A stretch of DNA of 64,000 nucleotides from Candidatus Woesearchaeota archaeon. GTDB lineage: Archaea > Nanobdellota > Nanobdellia > Woesearchaeales > UBA583. The stretch covers positions 334 to 64,333 of the forward strand of contig JAQICV010000092.1 of the NCBI GenBank assembly GCA_027858315.1, in the 5' to 3' direction. Positions within the stretch are counted from its first letter, which is position 1. Each line of letters begins with the position of its first letter. The notes under the pieces are model-generated. The model was given only the letters and a program-made list of their open reading frames with translations, was not told where the DNA came from and made no database searches. Made by a program: the position numbers and the translations under genes. Of this stretch, positions 7,908 to 16,227 are shown piece by piece.

Positions 7908-9923
7908 TTATAATAAAAATAAACTGATTACAATTAAGATTACAATTAATCCTAAACCTGTTCCTAAATATACTGAAGATTTTTCAACTTCTGAACCAAA
8001 TAAACTTATAGTGGTATTAGTTGTTGTATTTTCTTGAGTATTATTGATAGGTTTAATATCAATTCCACCTACTCCACCAGTGTTACATTCAAGAACTGTT
8101 AGAGTTGATTCTTCTTTTACAAATTTAGTTCCAAATGAAATTTTTTGTACTACTGTGTATGTTCCAGCTTCTAATAAACTAATATCTAAAATGTAGTTTT
8201 GTTGATCGATTTCATCAACTGATAGTTCATAATTATTTGTTGATTTTTCGATATTTGTTCCAACAATCTCTGAAGATACTGAAATAAATTTATCATTTGC
8301 TCCTAAATTTCTGTATTTTAAATATGTGAATAATTCTTTATCACATTTTACTACTGAAGGACTAATTGCATAAGAGTCAATAATAATGTTATCCATTGGC
8401 CTTACTATTTCAATTTGTTCTACTTCAATTACTTCTTGATCTTCGTATGAAACTCTAATCTCTAATGTATGTGGTCCATCTTGTGCGTCTTCAGGAATGT
8501 TGAATCTTAAAATTTGTGAACTTTCATCATTAATATCTAAGATGAATGATGATGAACTCTCAGTAATATCACTATTACCAAAATCTACATTTTCTAAAAT
8601 ACCTGTAATTTTCACATTTCTTACTGTGCTTGAACCTTGATTTCTAACTACTACTTCAACATCAAGTGTAGAACCTGGTTCTACTGTATCATCAAATATT
8701 AGTTCTTGAATGTATATATCACCAATTACTTTAACTTCTAGAGTTATACTTTCTTCTTCAATTTCATCTCCAGTTGCATCTAATACATGAATTTGAGTAA
8801 TGTAAGTTCCACTAGCTTGTCCTGATGGTACATCAATTCTAATTTCAATTGTATCATCATCACCATTATCTAAATCAATATTTGTTGGACTAAATGTGAT
8901 TGCTTCTTTAGGAATGATGTTGCTTGTGAATTTTTCTTCTAGGTCTCCATCTACTGAGAATGTTAATTCTGTAGCATCTACATCACCAGTGTTATCTACA
9001 TCGAATTCATATTTTTCAATATTTCCTTCTTCAGCGATTACTTTTAAAATTCCTGATCTTACATCAGCTGAGTTTTGTAGAATTTCGATTTCTAAGTCAC
9101 CAGTTAATACTACTCTGATTGTAAAATCTTCATCTAAACCTTCATCTGAAGTAATTGTCATAACTCCTTCATAAATATCTGCATCAACATTTGGAAGATC
9201 AATTTTAAAGTCTAAATTTTGAGATGTTTCTCCAATTGGAAGTGAATCGATTTCAAATTTATCGATGTCATCTCCTTCTAGAATAAAATCATTTTCGTCT
9301 AATTCATCATTTGAATTTTCTCCATCTAATCTTTCTATACTTATTCTAATGTTTGTTAGTTCTACATCACCATTATTTTCAATTGTAAATGAACCTTCTT
9401 GATTTCTAATAGTGTCATCTTTATCTATATCTCCTACAAAATCAATAATTGTTCCTGTAATTCCATTTAAATCAATTGATGGAGCACCAACAATATTTAC
9501 TGTAATACTAAAGTCTACAGTGTTTGTGTTTGAAGGAGTATTATCATTTGTAAATGTTAGAACTTCATCAAATGTACCTGTACTTGAGCCTGTATTGTAA
9601 CTGTAACTAACATCTGCAGTTGCAGCAGGTTGTAGGTTTTCAATTGCAGTTACATTTGTTGTGATTGTAATTCGAGTGTTTGTTTTACTAATTGTAAGAT
9701 TTAACACCTCATCTCCAGTGTTTGTAACTGTTAATGTTTCAGTTTTCGCTGTGTTAACACTATCTGTTGAAGAAATAGCGCTAGGAGTTACTGTGAAATC
9801 TTGAACAGCAAAAACACTTGTAATTGTTAATGTTAGCATTAAGAATAATGCAAAAAATATCATTTTTATTGTTTTTTTCATTTTTTTGTTTATCGTAATT
9901 GATTTATTGTTATTACTACTCAA
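7908..9923 (-). CDS. Acidic, Thr-rich cell-surface protein with C-terminal TM anchor (S-layer/CARDB-like candidate)
   Basis: N-terminal signal/TM segment (IFFALFLMLTLTITSVFA). Repeated beta-sandwich-like units (e.g. DVEVVVRNQGSSTVRNVKITG). C-terminal TM GTGLGLIVILIVISLFLL ends directly at the stop codon. Confidence 0.65.
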   Translation of the reverse strand: MSSNNNKSITINKKMKKTIKMIFFALFLMLTLTITSVFAVQDFTVTPSAISSTDSVNTAKTETLTVTNTGDEVLNLTISKTNTRITITTNVTAIENLQPAATADVSYSYNTGSSTGTFDEVLTFTNDNTPSNTNTVDFSITVNIVGAPSIDLNGITGTIIDFVGDIDKDDTIRNQEGSFTIENNGDVELTNIRISIERLDGENSNDELDENDFILEGDDIDKFEIDSLPIGETSQNLDFKIDLPNVDADIYEGVMTITSDEGLDEDFTIRVVLTGDLEIEILQNSADVRSGILKVIAEEGNIEKYEFDVDNTGDVDATELTFSVDGDLEEKFTSNIIPKEAITFSPTNIDLDNGDDDTIEIRIDVPSGQASGTYITQIHVLDATGDEIEEESITLEVKVIGDIYIQELIFDDTVEPGSTLDVEVVVRNQGSSTVRNVKITGILENVDFGNSDITESSSSFILDINDESSQILRFNIPEDAQDGPHTLEIRVSYEDQEVIEVEQIEIVRPMDNIIIDSYAISPSVVKCDKELFTYLKYRNLGANDKFISVSSEIVGTNIEKSTNNYELSVDEIDQQNYILDISLLEAGTYTVVQKISFGTKFVKEESTLTVLECNTGGVGGIDIKPINNTQENTTTNTTISLFGSEVEKSSVYLGTGLGLIVILIVISLFLL

Positions 9924-9991
9924 TAAGTACTAATTTATAAAGCTTTTGGATTTGCCCTATTTGGGATGATAATAGTTAATGTATGGCAAAG

Positions 9992-9999
9992 TTTATATA
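9992..9999 (+). promoter_or_regulatory. TATA box TTTATATA, 29 nt upstream of ATG 10021
   Basis: Consensus archaeal TATA-like octamer at the spacing recurrent in this window. Confidence 0.5.
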
Positions 10000-10020
10000 A
10001 TTTTTTAGAGTAGTATATTT

Positions 10021-10581
10021 ATGAAAACTGAGAATAAGTTGTTTAATTATATGTTATCAATTGCTTTTATAGTGTTTATTGTATTTATTTTAGGTTCTTT
10101 AATTTTTGTAAGTAGATATGTTTTATCTGAAGAGAATTCTTTAGGTGGTTATGTTACTTCTACTCAAGATTTATTGGATGATGTTAATGAAGTAGAAGTT
10201 CCAATTGATGAAGTAGATACTTTAACAAGTTTGGAACAGAGAAATATTGATAGGTTTAAGTTTAATAGTTTTGAAGATAGTATTACTGATTTTTCGATTT
10301 TGAATGTTGATGAGGATAAAGGAATTATTAGTTTTGTTTTTGATTCTAAGATAGAACAATTTGAGAATATTTATTATATTGTTTTAAAGGATGAAATAAG
10401 ACTTGAAGAAGGTTTTGATATAATTTATATTACTGAGACAAGTTCAGTTAGTTATGGTAGAGTTTTTTCTATTGAGGACGGTAAATATAAGGTTTTTAAT
10501 TCAGATAGTAAAGAAGTTACATATGTTGTAAGAAGTGACATTTTAGGTAAAATATTGTTTAAGGATGAATCGCAGAACTAG
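10021..10581 (+). CDS. Hypothetical membrane-anchored protein
   Basis: Single N-terminal TM (MLSIAFIVFIVFILGSLIFV). Overlaps endA by 17 nt, suggesting an operon. Confidence 0.55.
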   Translation: MKTENKLFNYMLSIAFIVFIVFILGSLIFVSRYVLSEENSLGGYVTSTQDLLDDVNEVEVPIDEVDTLTSLEQRNIDRFKFNSFEDSITDFSILNVDEDKGIISFVFDSKIEQFENIYYIVLKDEIRLEEGFDIIYITETSSVSYGRVFSIEDGKYKVFNSDSKEVTYVVRSDILGKILFKDESQN

Positions 10582-11071
10582 AGTTGATAAGAAGTTAGGT
10601 AGTTTTTTTGTTTTTGATGAGTCTAGAACACAGAGTCTTTTTTCAAAAGGTTTTGGTAGTAAAAATGGTATAGTTTTAGAACTAAGTTCTTATGAGGTTT
10701 TGTATCTTTTGGAGAAAGAGAAAATTGAAGTGTTTTCAGTTGGAAAGGTTTTAGGGAAGGATAAAATTTTGAGTAGGAAAGAGTCTATGATAAATTATTA
10801 TGTTTTTAAGGATTTGAGATCTAGGGGTTATAATGTTAAGAGTGGACTTAAGTATGGTTTTGTTTTTAGGGTTTATGATAAGGGTAAAAAGGTTGGAGAA
10901 GATCATGCTATTTGGCTTATTGAACCTATTTCTGAGTCTGAAAGATTTAAAATTTCTGATTTAACTGGTAAGAATAGAGTTGCTCATTCTACTAAGAAGA
11001 TTTTATTATTTGCAATTGTTGATGATGAAGGAAAGGTAACTTATATTGAGACTGCTTGGAAGAGAATTTGA
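10565..11071 (+). CDS. endA: tRNA-splicing endonuclease (short, homotetramer-type size)
   Basis: YVFKDLRSRGYNVKSGLKYGFVFRVYDKG...HAIWLIEP...RVAHSTKKILLFAIV matches the catalytic C-terminal domain of archaeal EndA. Confidence 0.8.
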   Translation: MNRRTRVDKKLGSFFVFDESRTQSLFSKGFGSKNGIVLELSSYEVLYLLEKEKIEVFSVGKVLGKDKILSRKESMINYYVFKDLRSRGYNVKSGLKYGFVFRVYDKGKKVGEDHAIWLIEPISESERFKISDLTGKNRVAHSTKKILLFAIVDDEGKVTYIETAWKRI

Positions 11072-11076
11072 TTTTT

Positions 11077-11156
11077 TAGTTCATATACTCACGAAAGAAT
11101 AAATCAAAAAATATTTTTTTTGGTCATCGTTTAGTTCGAATACTCACGAAACGATA
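11077..11156 (+). repeat. Two imperfect 28-nt direct repeats (TAGTTCATATACTCACGAAAGAATAAAT / TAGTTCGAATACTCACGAAACGATAGAT)
   Basis: 24/28 identical at a 55-nt period. The second copy sits inside an inverted repeat TCGTTT...AAACGA and ends 6 nt before the TATA-like AATATATTTT of the downstream gene. Confidence 0.6.
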
Positions 11157-11195
11157 GATACAATATATTTTAATGTATTAGTTTGTTTACTTTAT

Positions 11196-11951
11196 ATGGA
11201 GTTGAGTTTGGTTCTAGTTTTACTTATTGTACTTTCGGGTTTTATTAAGGGTTTCACTGGATTTGGGCTTAGTTTGATTTTGATTTCAGTTCTTTTTGAA
11301 ATGGGTTATACTGTTTCTGAGTTTTTACCTATTCTTGTTCCTTTATTTGTTGTTTTAGATATAATCTTGTATTTGGAGAATAGAAAAAATATTAAACTTG
11401 ATTTTAATGAAAATTTTACTTTGCATCCAACTACTCTTATGACTCTTTTTATTGGAGTTTTGTTTGGAACTTATTTACTTACTGCAATTAATGGGGAGTT
11501 TTTAAAAATTTCTTTTGCAATTTTAATTTTAATCTTGCTTTTTGTTTTGGTTGAGAAAGTTGATATTCATCAAATGAGGACTCCTTCTGAGAGATCTAAT
11601 GGTTTTTTTGGGTTTGGGGCTGGTATTTTGACTGGTCTTTTCACACTTAATGCAATGCCGCCTTCAATATATCTCATGTATTATCAGTATCCTAAAGAGA
11701 AATATATGGCAAATTTTGTGACTTTTGTTATTTTTTCAGATTTGATTTTAGTTGCTGTATATCTTTCTAAGGATTTGTTTACTTTAAGTGGTTTTTTTGT
11801 TTCCATGCAACTTTTCTTTATGGTTTTAGTTGGATTTTTGGGTGGGATTTATGCAAGGAAATTTGTTTCAACAAGTACATTTAAGAGTATAGTAATTATA
11901 ATTTTAGGTCTTAATTCACTTAAAATTATATTTGATTATTTCTTATTTTAA
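11196..11951 (+). CDS. TauE/SafE (DUF81) family anion-exporter-like membrane protein
   Basis: About 8 TM segments. N-terminal VLSGFIKGFTGFGLSLI and the overall two-half architecture are typical of TauE/SafE. Confidence 0.6.
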   Translation: MELSLVLVLLIVLSGFIKGFTGFGLSLILISVLFEMGYTVSEFLPILVPLFVVLDIILYLENRKNIKLDFNENFTLHPTTLMTLFIGVLFGTYLLTAINGEFLKISFAILILILLFVLVEKVDIHQMRTPSERSNGFFGFGAGILTGLFTLNAMPPSIYLMYYQYPKEKYMANFVTFVIFSDLILVAVYLSKDLFTLSGFFVSMQLFFMVLVGFLGGIYARKFVSTSTFKSIVIIILGLNSLKIIFDYFLF

Positions 11952-12184
11952 TACCATTATTTTTATAAATTTTCACTGTCGTTCAAGTCACAAGTTGACT
12001 GCTTAAATAGCATCAAACTTATAAACCTCTATTAATTTTTTTTATTAGATCTTAAACTTATTTATGTTTGAGATTTATGAAACCAATTACTTAAATGACA
12101 AATGGTACAAAGTTAAATGCTTAGCATTGCTTTGTCTAAAAATTTCAGAAATGAAATTTGTCTATTTTTGTACATAGTAAAAAA

Positions 12185-12607
12185 ATGGTAGAAATCGATG
12201 AAAAACAAGCTTTTTTGATTATTCAAAAAGCAAAAGAAACTGGTTCAATTAGAATTGGTGTTAATGAAGTAACTAAAGCTGTAGAAAGAGGACAAGCAAA
12301 AGCAGTATTTGCTGCTAATGATGTTTCCCCTGCTGAAATTGTAGCTCACTTATCTGGTATCTGTACTGAGATGAAAGCAGTATTTGCTTCCCTTGGTTCA
12401 AAAGCTGAATTAGGTAGCGCAGTTGGTATTAAATCAACTACTGCTGTTGCAATTATCGATGCAGGTTCTGCAAAGAAAGATTTAGAAAAATTAACTGAAG
12501 AAAAAGCTGCTCTTGTTAAAGAAGCTGTTGTTGAAAAAGTTAAAGAAGAAGCTGCTCCTGTTAAAGAAGAAGTTAAGGAAGAAGCTGCTGTTGAGGAAGC
12601 TAAATAA
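12185..12607 (+). CDS. rpl7ae: 50S ribosomal protein L7Ae with an Ala/Glu/Lys-rich C-terminal tail
   Basis: GVNEVTKAVERGQAKAVFAANDVSPAEIVAHLSGICTEMKAVFASLGSKAELGSAVGI. Start set at the ATG (MVEIDEKQ); the ORF-track start at 12158 is a TTG. Confidence 0.9.
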   Translation: MVEIDEKQAFLIIQKAKETGSIRIGVNEVTKAVERGQAKAVFAANDVSPAEIVAHLSGICTEMKAVFASLGSKAELGSAVGIKSTTAVAIIDAGSAKKDLEKLTEEKAALVKEAVVEKVKEEAAPVKEEVKEEAAVEEAK

Positions 12608-12617
12608 ATTTTGAAAA

Positions 12618-12878
12618 ATGGCTAAAGTAAAAAAGACTGGAGCAGAAAAGTTTTCTGTGAGTATTCCTGGTACTGTTGAGACTATTGTTGGTAATGCTTC
12701 AGCTAAGGGTGGAGTTACTCAAGTAAGAGTTAAAGTTCTTGCAGGTAGGGATGAAGGCAAAATTATTACTAGAAATGTTAGAGGTCCAGTTAGAGTAGGT
12801 GATACTTTAATGATGACAGAAACAGAATACGAAGCAAGAAAACTTTTTAAGAAAACTAAAACAGGAGTAAAGTTCTAA
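12618..12878 (+). CDS. rps28e: 30S ribosomal protein S28e
   Basis: [45 protein letters not shown]. Confidence 0.9.
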   Translation: MAKVKKTGAEKFSVSIPGTVETIVGNASAKGGVTQVRVKVLAGRDEGKIITRNVRGPVRVGDTLMMTETEYEARKLFKKTKTGVKF

Positions 12879-12879
12879 A

Positions 12880-13131
12880 ATGGTAGAATGTAGTTATTGT
12901 GGAACTGAGATTGCAAAAGGTACTGGAAAGATGTTTGTTAAAGATAATGGACAAATTTTGTATTTTTGTAAATCTAAATGTGAAAAAAATATGCTAAAAC
13001 TGAAAAGAGATTCTAGAAAGTTTAAGTGGACTAAATCTTTTGTTAAAGGAGCTGCTCCTAATGAAGCTGCACCTAAGAAAGAGAAAGTTGAAAAAGCTGC
13101 TGCTCCTAAAAAGGCAGAAGCAAAAAAATAA
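12880..13131 (+). CDS. rpl24e: 50S ribosomal protein L24e
   Basis: [51 protein letters not shown] (zinc-ribbon L24e). Third gene of the classic archaeal L7Ae-S28e-L24e operon. Confidence 0.9.
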   Translation: MVECSYCGTEIAKGTGKMFVKDNGQILYFCKSKCEKNMLKLKRDSRKFKWTKSFVKGAAPNEAAPKKEKVEKAAAPKKAEAKK

Positions 13132-13150
13132 ATTTCTTTTAGAAATTTAT
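13128..13150 (+). terminator. 10-bp-stem hairpin overlapping the L24e stop codon, followed by T-rich sequence
   Basis: ATAAATTTCT-TTT-AGAAATTTAT. A weaker copy follows at about 13154-13166. Confidence 0.4.
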
Positions 13151-13170
13151 GATTTTCTTTTAGAAATAAA

Positions 13171-13200
13171 AATGAAAAATAATTTGATTATTTTTTCATT
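13171..13200. terminator. 9-bp-stem hairpin between convergent genes
   Basis: AATGAAAAA-(12 nt)-TTTTTCATT, flanked by oligo-T/A runs and usable on either strand. Confidence 0.35.
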
Positions 13201-13249
13201 GAATTAAATTCAAAATTGTTTATTATTCTTATGTTAATATTTAAATAGA

Positions 13250-13465
13250 TTATTTGTTTTCCTCTTTGCATTGATTATAATCATAAGTACATTTTGATTG
13301 ACATATGTTACTCAATAGACCTTCCCCACAAGAATATTTACATTCTTCAAAATTAGATTTACATTCATCTGTAAATTTCTCAATTACACTACACCCACTA
13401 AAAATTAATAAAAATAATGTAACTAATGTATAAATCATAATTTTCTTTTTATTTTTTTTAATCAT
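13250..13465 (-). CDS. Small Cys-rich secreted protein, possible lipoprotein
   Basis: Signal peptide ending LLIFSGC (lipobox-like), plus 6 further Cys in 45 residues. Confidence 0.45.
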   Translation of the reverse strand: MIKKNKKKIMIYTLVTLFLLIFSGCSVIEKFTDECKSNFEECKYSCGEGLLSNICQSKCTYDYNQCKEENK

Positions 13466-13555
13466 TTTATTATTTCCTAGATTTATTTATTTATAAATGA
13501 TTACTTTTTATAAGATAAAAAGATTTTATCCATTGATAATTTTAAGCATTGTGAA

Positions 13556-15685
13556 TCATCCATTGATGATTCTCAATATTTCGTCGCCATATTTTAGTAT
13601 TTTTATTTCTCCAAGCCCATTTACTTGATTTAGTTGTAGTTTTGTTTTAGGTAGTCTTGCACAGAGTTCATCTATTGTATTGTTACTTAGTATCATATAG
13701 TGTGGGAGATTAGTCTCATTTGCTTTTTGTGAACGCCAATCTTTCATCATATTTTTAAGAATTCCTAAATTAGAATTATCAAGTTTTTTATGCTCAGTTC
13801 CAAAATCAAATACAGACTTATTCTTTTTTTTGTAATTTGTGAATTTTAACATTTCGTCTGTTATGAATTTTGAGTAGTTTTTTGTGTATGTGATTATTAA
13901 TTTTTCTTTTGCTCTTGATAGTGCAACATAGAACAATCTTAATTCTTCTGATTCTTTATCGTATTCCTCATCATCTTTTACAAGAGCTAGTACGAAATTA
14001 TCTTGAACTTTATTTGGAAATGAGTTTGAATTAGTGTTTACTAGGAATACTTCATTTGCTTGCATTCCTTTTATTGAATGAACTGTTGCAAGTGTTATTT
14101 GATTTTCTGAAGGATTTTCATTTTTATATTCTTCTTCGGATTTTATTGCAAATCCTAATCCATTTTGAGAAAAGAATTTTGCATAGTCATCAAGAGTTTT
14201 ATTGGTTCTTGCAAGTACAAATATTTCTTCTCTTTTTGATGATGAATTTTTAATTGCTTCAAGTACAAATCTTTTTTCTAGCATTTCATTATCTTGTTCT
14301 ATTAAAAATATATTTTTTGAGATTGTGTTTTTTGTAGATTCTAGACCAACTAGTCCCATATCTTTAATTGTTAAATTGAAGAAATCAATAATATCTTTTG
14401 GAGATCTATAATTCTTCTTTAATTGAATTATTTCAGGTTTTTCAAATATCTTGTCGTATTCTAAAATAAATCTTATCTCTGAACCTCTCCAACCGTAAAT
14501 TGCTTGTCTTGGGTCACCTACTGCAAAGTTATTTTTAGCATTTAATATTTTGATTAAATCTATTTGGAGTTGATTCACATCTTGAAATTCATCAACTAGT
14601 ACATATTCATATTCTGGGATTAGCTCTTTGTGTTTTTTGAATAGTTCTATGCAATCTATGATTTGGTCAGTAAAATCTCTTAGTCCTTTTTTTTTTAGTT
14701 CTTTTTGAGCAATTATTGCGATTTCATAAATAGCTTTTGCAATTCTTTTTTTTGTTGAATTTCTTTCTTTTTCATAGAATTTCATTACTTCACCTTTTTT
14801 GTTCTTGTAATAATCAATTATTGAAAATACATCATTTACAAATATGAAGAAAAGTTCATCTTTTGATTTTTCTCTAATTTGTTTTTTTGTAAAATAATCG
14901 TCAATGAATATTTCAAAATTTGTATTTGCTTTAGTTATTGCATTTTTTACTATAATAATTTTATCTTTATATTTAGCTACTTGAACTTCTTTTCCATATA
15001 TTTTAGTTCCATATTTTTTAAGATGTTTTTCTGCAAATGAATTAAATGTTTCTACTTGAACAATTTCAGTTTCCAGTTCTTTTAATCTTGTTTGCATTTC
15101 TTCTTTTGCTTTTTTTGTGAAAGTTATTGCGAGAACTTTCTTTTGCTCAATCCCTCTAAATTTAGTTAATAGTTCAATTCTTTTTGTTAATACGCTAGTT
15201 TTTCCTGACCCTGCTCCTGCAATACAAAGGATGTTTTTTTCTGTTGAGATTATTGCTTTTTTTTGTTCATCATTAAATTTTTTCAAAAAGAAGTCAAATA
15301 CTTTAAAGATTTTTTTATCTTCATTAGTAATTGTTGTTTCTTTAAATAATTCTTTTTTTATTTTTTTGTGTTTTATTTCTTCAGGTATGAATTTTTTTTC
15401 AAATATTTCTTTTAGTCCAGTTTTTGTTCTGACTACTATTTGATGTCCTGATGCTAAACTTTGTATTTCTAAATATTTGTTTTTTATTAAAAGAGTTAGA
15501 ATTGTTAATATTTCATTTTTTTCGTACATGTAAAGACATCCATATGAATTTAATTCATCAAGATTATTTTTTTCAATGGTTTTATTTTGGTCACCTTTGA
15601 TATAGTCTGCAAGAGTATTTTTACCTAAATTGAATTTAAAATCATCAAATACTTTAAGGATAGGGATATGTGGTTGTTTCATCAT
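13556..15685 (-). CDS. UvrD/PcrA/Rep-type superfamily 1 DNA helicase with N-terminal winged-helix-like region and C-terminal HRDC domain
   Basis: Motifs AGAGSGKTSVL (I), VLVDEFQDVNQ (II), GDPRQAIYGWRGSE (III), NYRSPKDI (IV), TVHSIKGMQANEVFLV (V), YVALSRAKEKL (VI). The C-terminal WRSQKANETNLPHYMILSNNTIDELCARLPKTKLQLNQVNGLGEIKILKYGDEIL is HRDC-like. Confidence 0.85.
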   Translation of the reverse strand: MMKQPHIPILKVFDDFKFNLGKNTLADYIKGDQNKTIEKNNLDELNSYGCLYMYEKNEILTILTLLIKNKYLEIQSLASGHQIVVRTKTGLKEIFEKKFIPEEIKHKKIKKELFKETTITNEDKKIFKVFDFFLKKFNDEQKKAIISTEKNILCIAGAGSGKTSVLTKRIELLTKFRGIEQKKVLAITFTKKAKEEMQTRLKELETEIVQVETFNSFAEKHLKKYGTKIYGKEVQVAKYKDKIIIVKNAITKANTNFEIFIDDYFTKKQIREKSKDELFFIFVNDVFSIIDYYKNKKGEVMKFYEKERNSTKKRIAKAIYEIAIIAQKELKKKGLRDFTDQIIDCIELFKKHKELIPEYEYVLVDEFQDVNQLQIDLIKILNAKNNFAVGDPRQAIYGWRGSEIRFILEYDKIFEKPEIIQLKKNYRSPKDIIDFFNLTIKDMGLVGLESTKNTISKNIFLIEQDNEMLEKRFVLEAIKNSSSKREEIFVLARTNKTLDDYAKFFSQNGLGFAIKSEEEYKNENPSENQITLATVHSIKGMQANEVFLVNTNSNSFPNKVQDNFVLALVKDDEEYDKESEELRLFYVALSRAKEKLIITYTKNYSKFITDEMLKFTNYKKKNKSVFDFGTEHKKLDNSNLGILKNMMKDWRSQKANETNLPHYMILSNNTIDELCARLPKTKLQLNQVNGLGEIKILKYGDEILRIING

Positions 15686-15696
15686 TTTTTTATTTT

Positions 15697-16224
15697 TTAT
15701 GTGATTCTAATTATTTTAAATTCTTCGTTTAATTTTTTTATAAATATTTTATGTATTGCTTTTTTTACTAGAAATTTTAATATGAAATATTCTGCTAGTT
15801 TTTTTTCATCTATTAGAGTTAATTCGTATGTGTTTTTATTTTTTCTTATTGAACTTAAGAAATATCTTCTTTTGTGTAAAAATGTTTTTTTGAATTTGCT
15901 TTTTGTTTTTGAGTCATATTTGTTGAAAAATTTTTCAATTTCTCCTTTTTTTTCAGTTTTTGAAAGAAATTCTAAAAAAAAATGTTCTAGGTCATATACT
16001 TCAAGAGGGTTCATATATTCTCCAGTATAGAAAAATTCGATTGCAATTGCTATAAGTATCATTAAAAAAACAATTACTATAAATTTTAGAAGAAATGTTT
16101 CCATAGTTTCTTCTTCGAATTTTATCAGAAAAATTGTAAGACTAAATCCTATAATTAAAAAAAATGTTAAAAGCCTATTGTAATAATTTTGTGGTTTTAA
16201 ATAATTATAATGTATTTTCCTCAT
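15697..16224 (-). CDS. Hypothetical membrane protein (2 TM)
   Basis: Two hydrophobic segments, then a Lys-rich soluble tail. Tightly packed between the GH57 and helicase genes. Confidence 0.5.
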   Translation of the reverse strand: MRKIHYNYLKPQNYYNRLLTFFLIIGFSLTIFLIKFEEETMETFLLKFIVIVFLMILIAIAIEFFYTGEYMNPLEVYDLEHFFLEFLSKTEKKGEIEKFFNKYDSKTKSKFKKTFLHKRRYFLSSIRKNKNTYELTLIDEKKLAEYFILKFLVKKAIHKIFIKKLNEEFKIIRIT

Positions 16225-16227
16225 TTC

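Noticed and set aside
8896-9600. Plus-strand ORFs inside the 671-aa surface-protein gene
   Set aside because: They are antisense shadows of a long motif-bearing gene. Their Ser/Val/Phe-rich composition is typical of reverse-frame artefacts.
12116-12128. Palindrome AATGC-TTA-GCATT upstream of rpl7ae, superficially like the GTAC-TTA-GTAC operator
   Set aside because: It has only 5-bp arms, and dozens of such palindromes are expected by chance in 64 kb of AT-rich DNA. It does not share the TCGTAC core.
11952-12184. Long (233-nt) spacer before rpl7ae examined for a C/D-box sRNA, a tRNA or an L7Ae-binding K-turn
   Set aside because: I found no RUGAUGA/CUGA box pair, no T-loop, and could not define tandem G-A pairs convincingly by eye. 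This needs covariance-model searches before any claim.
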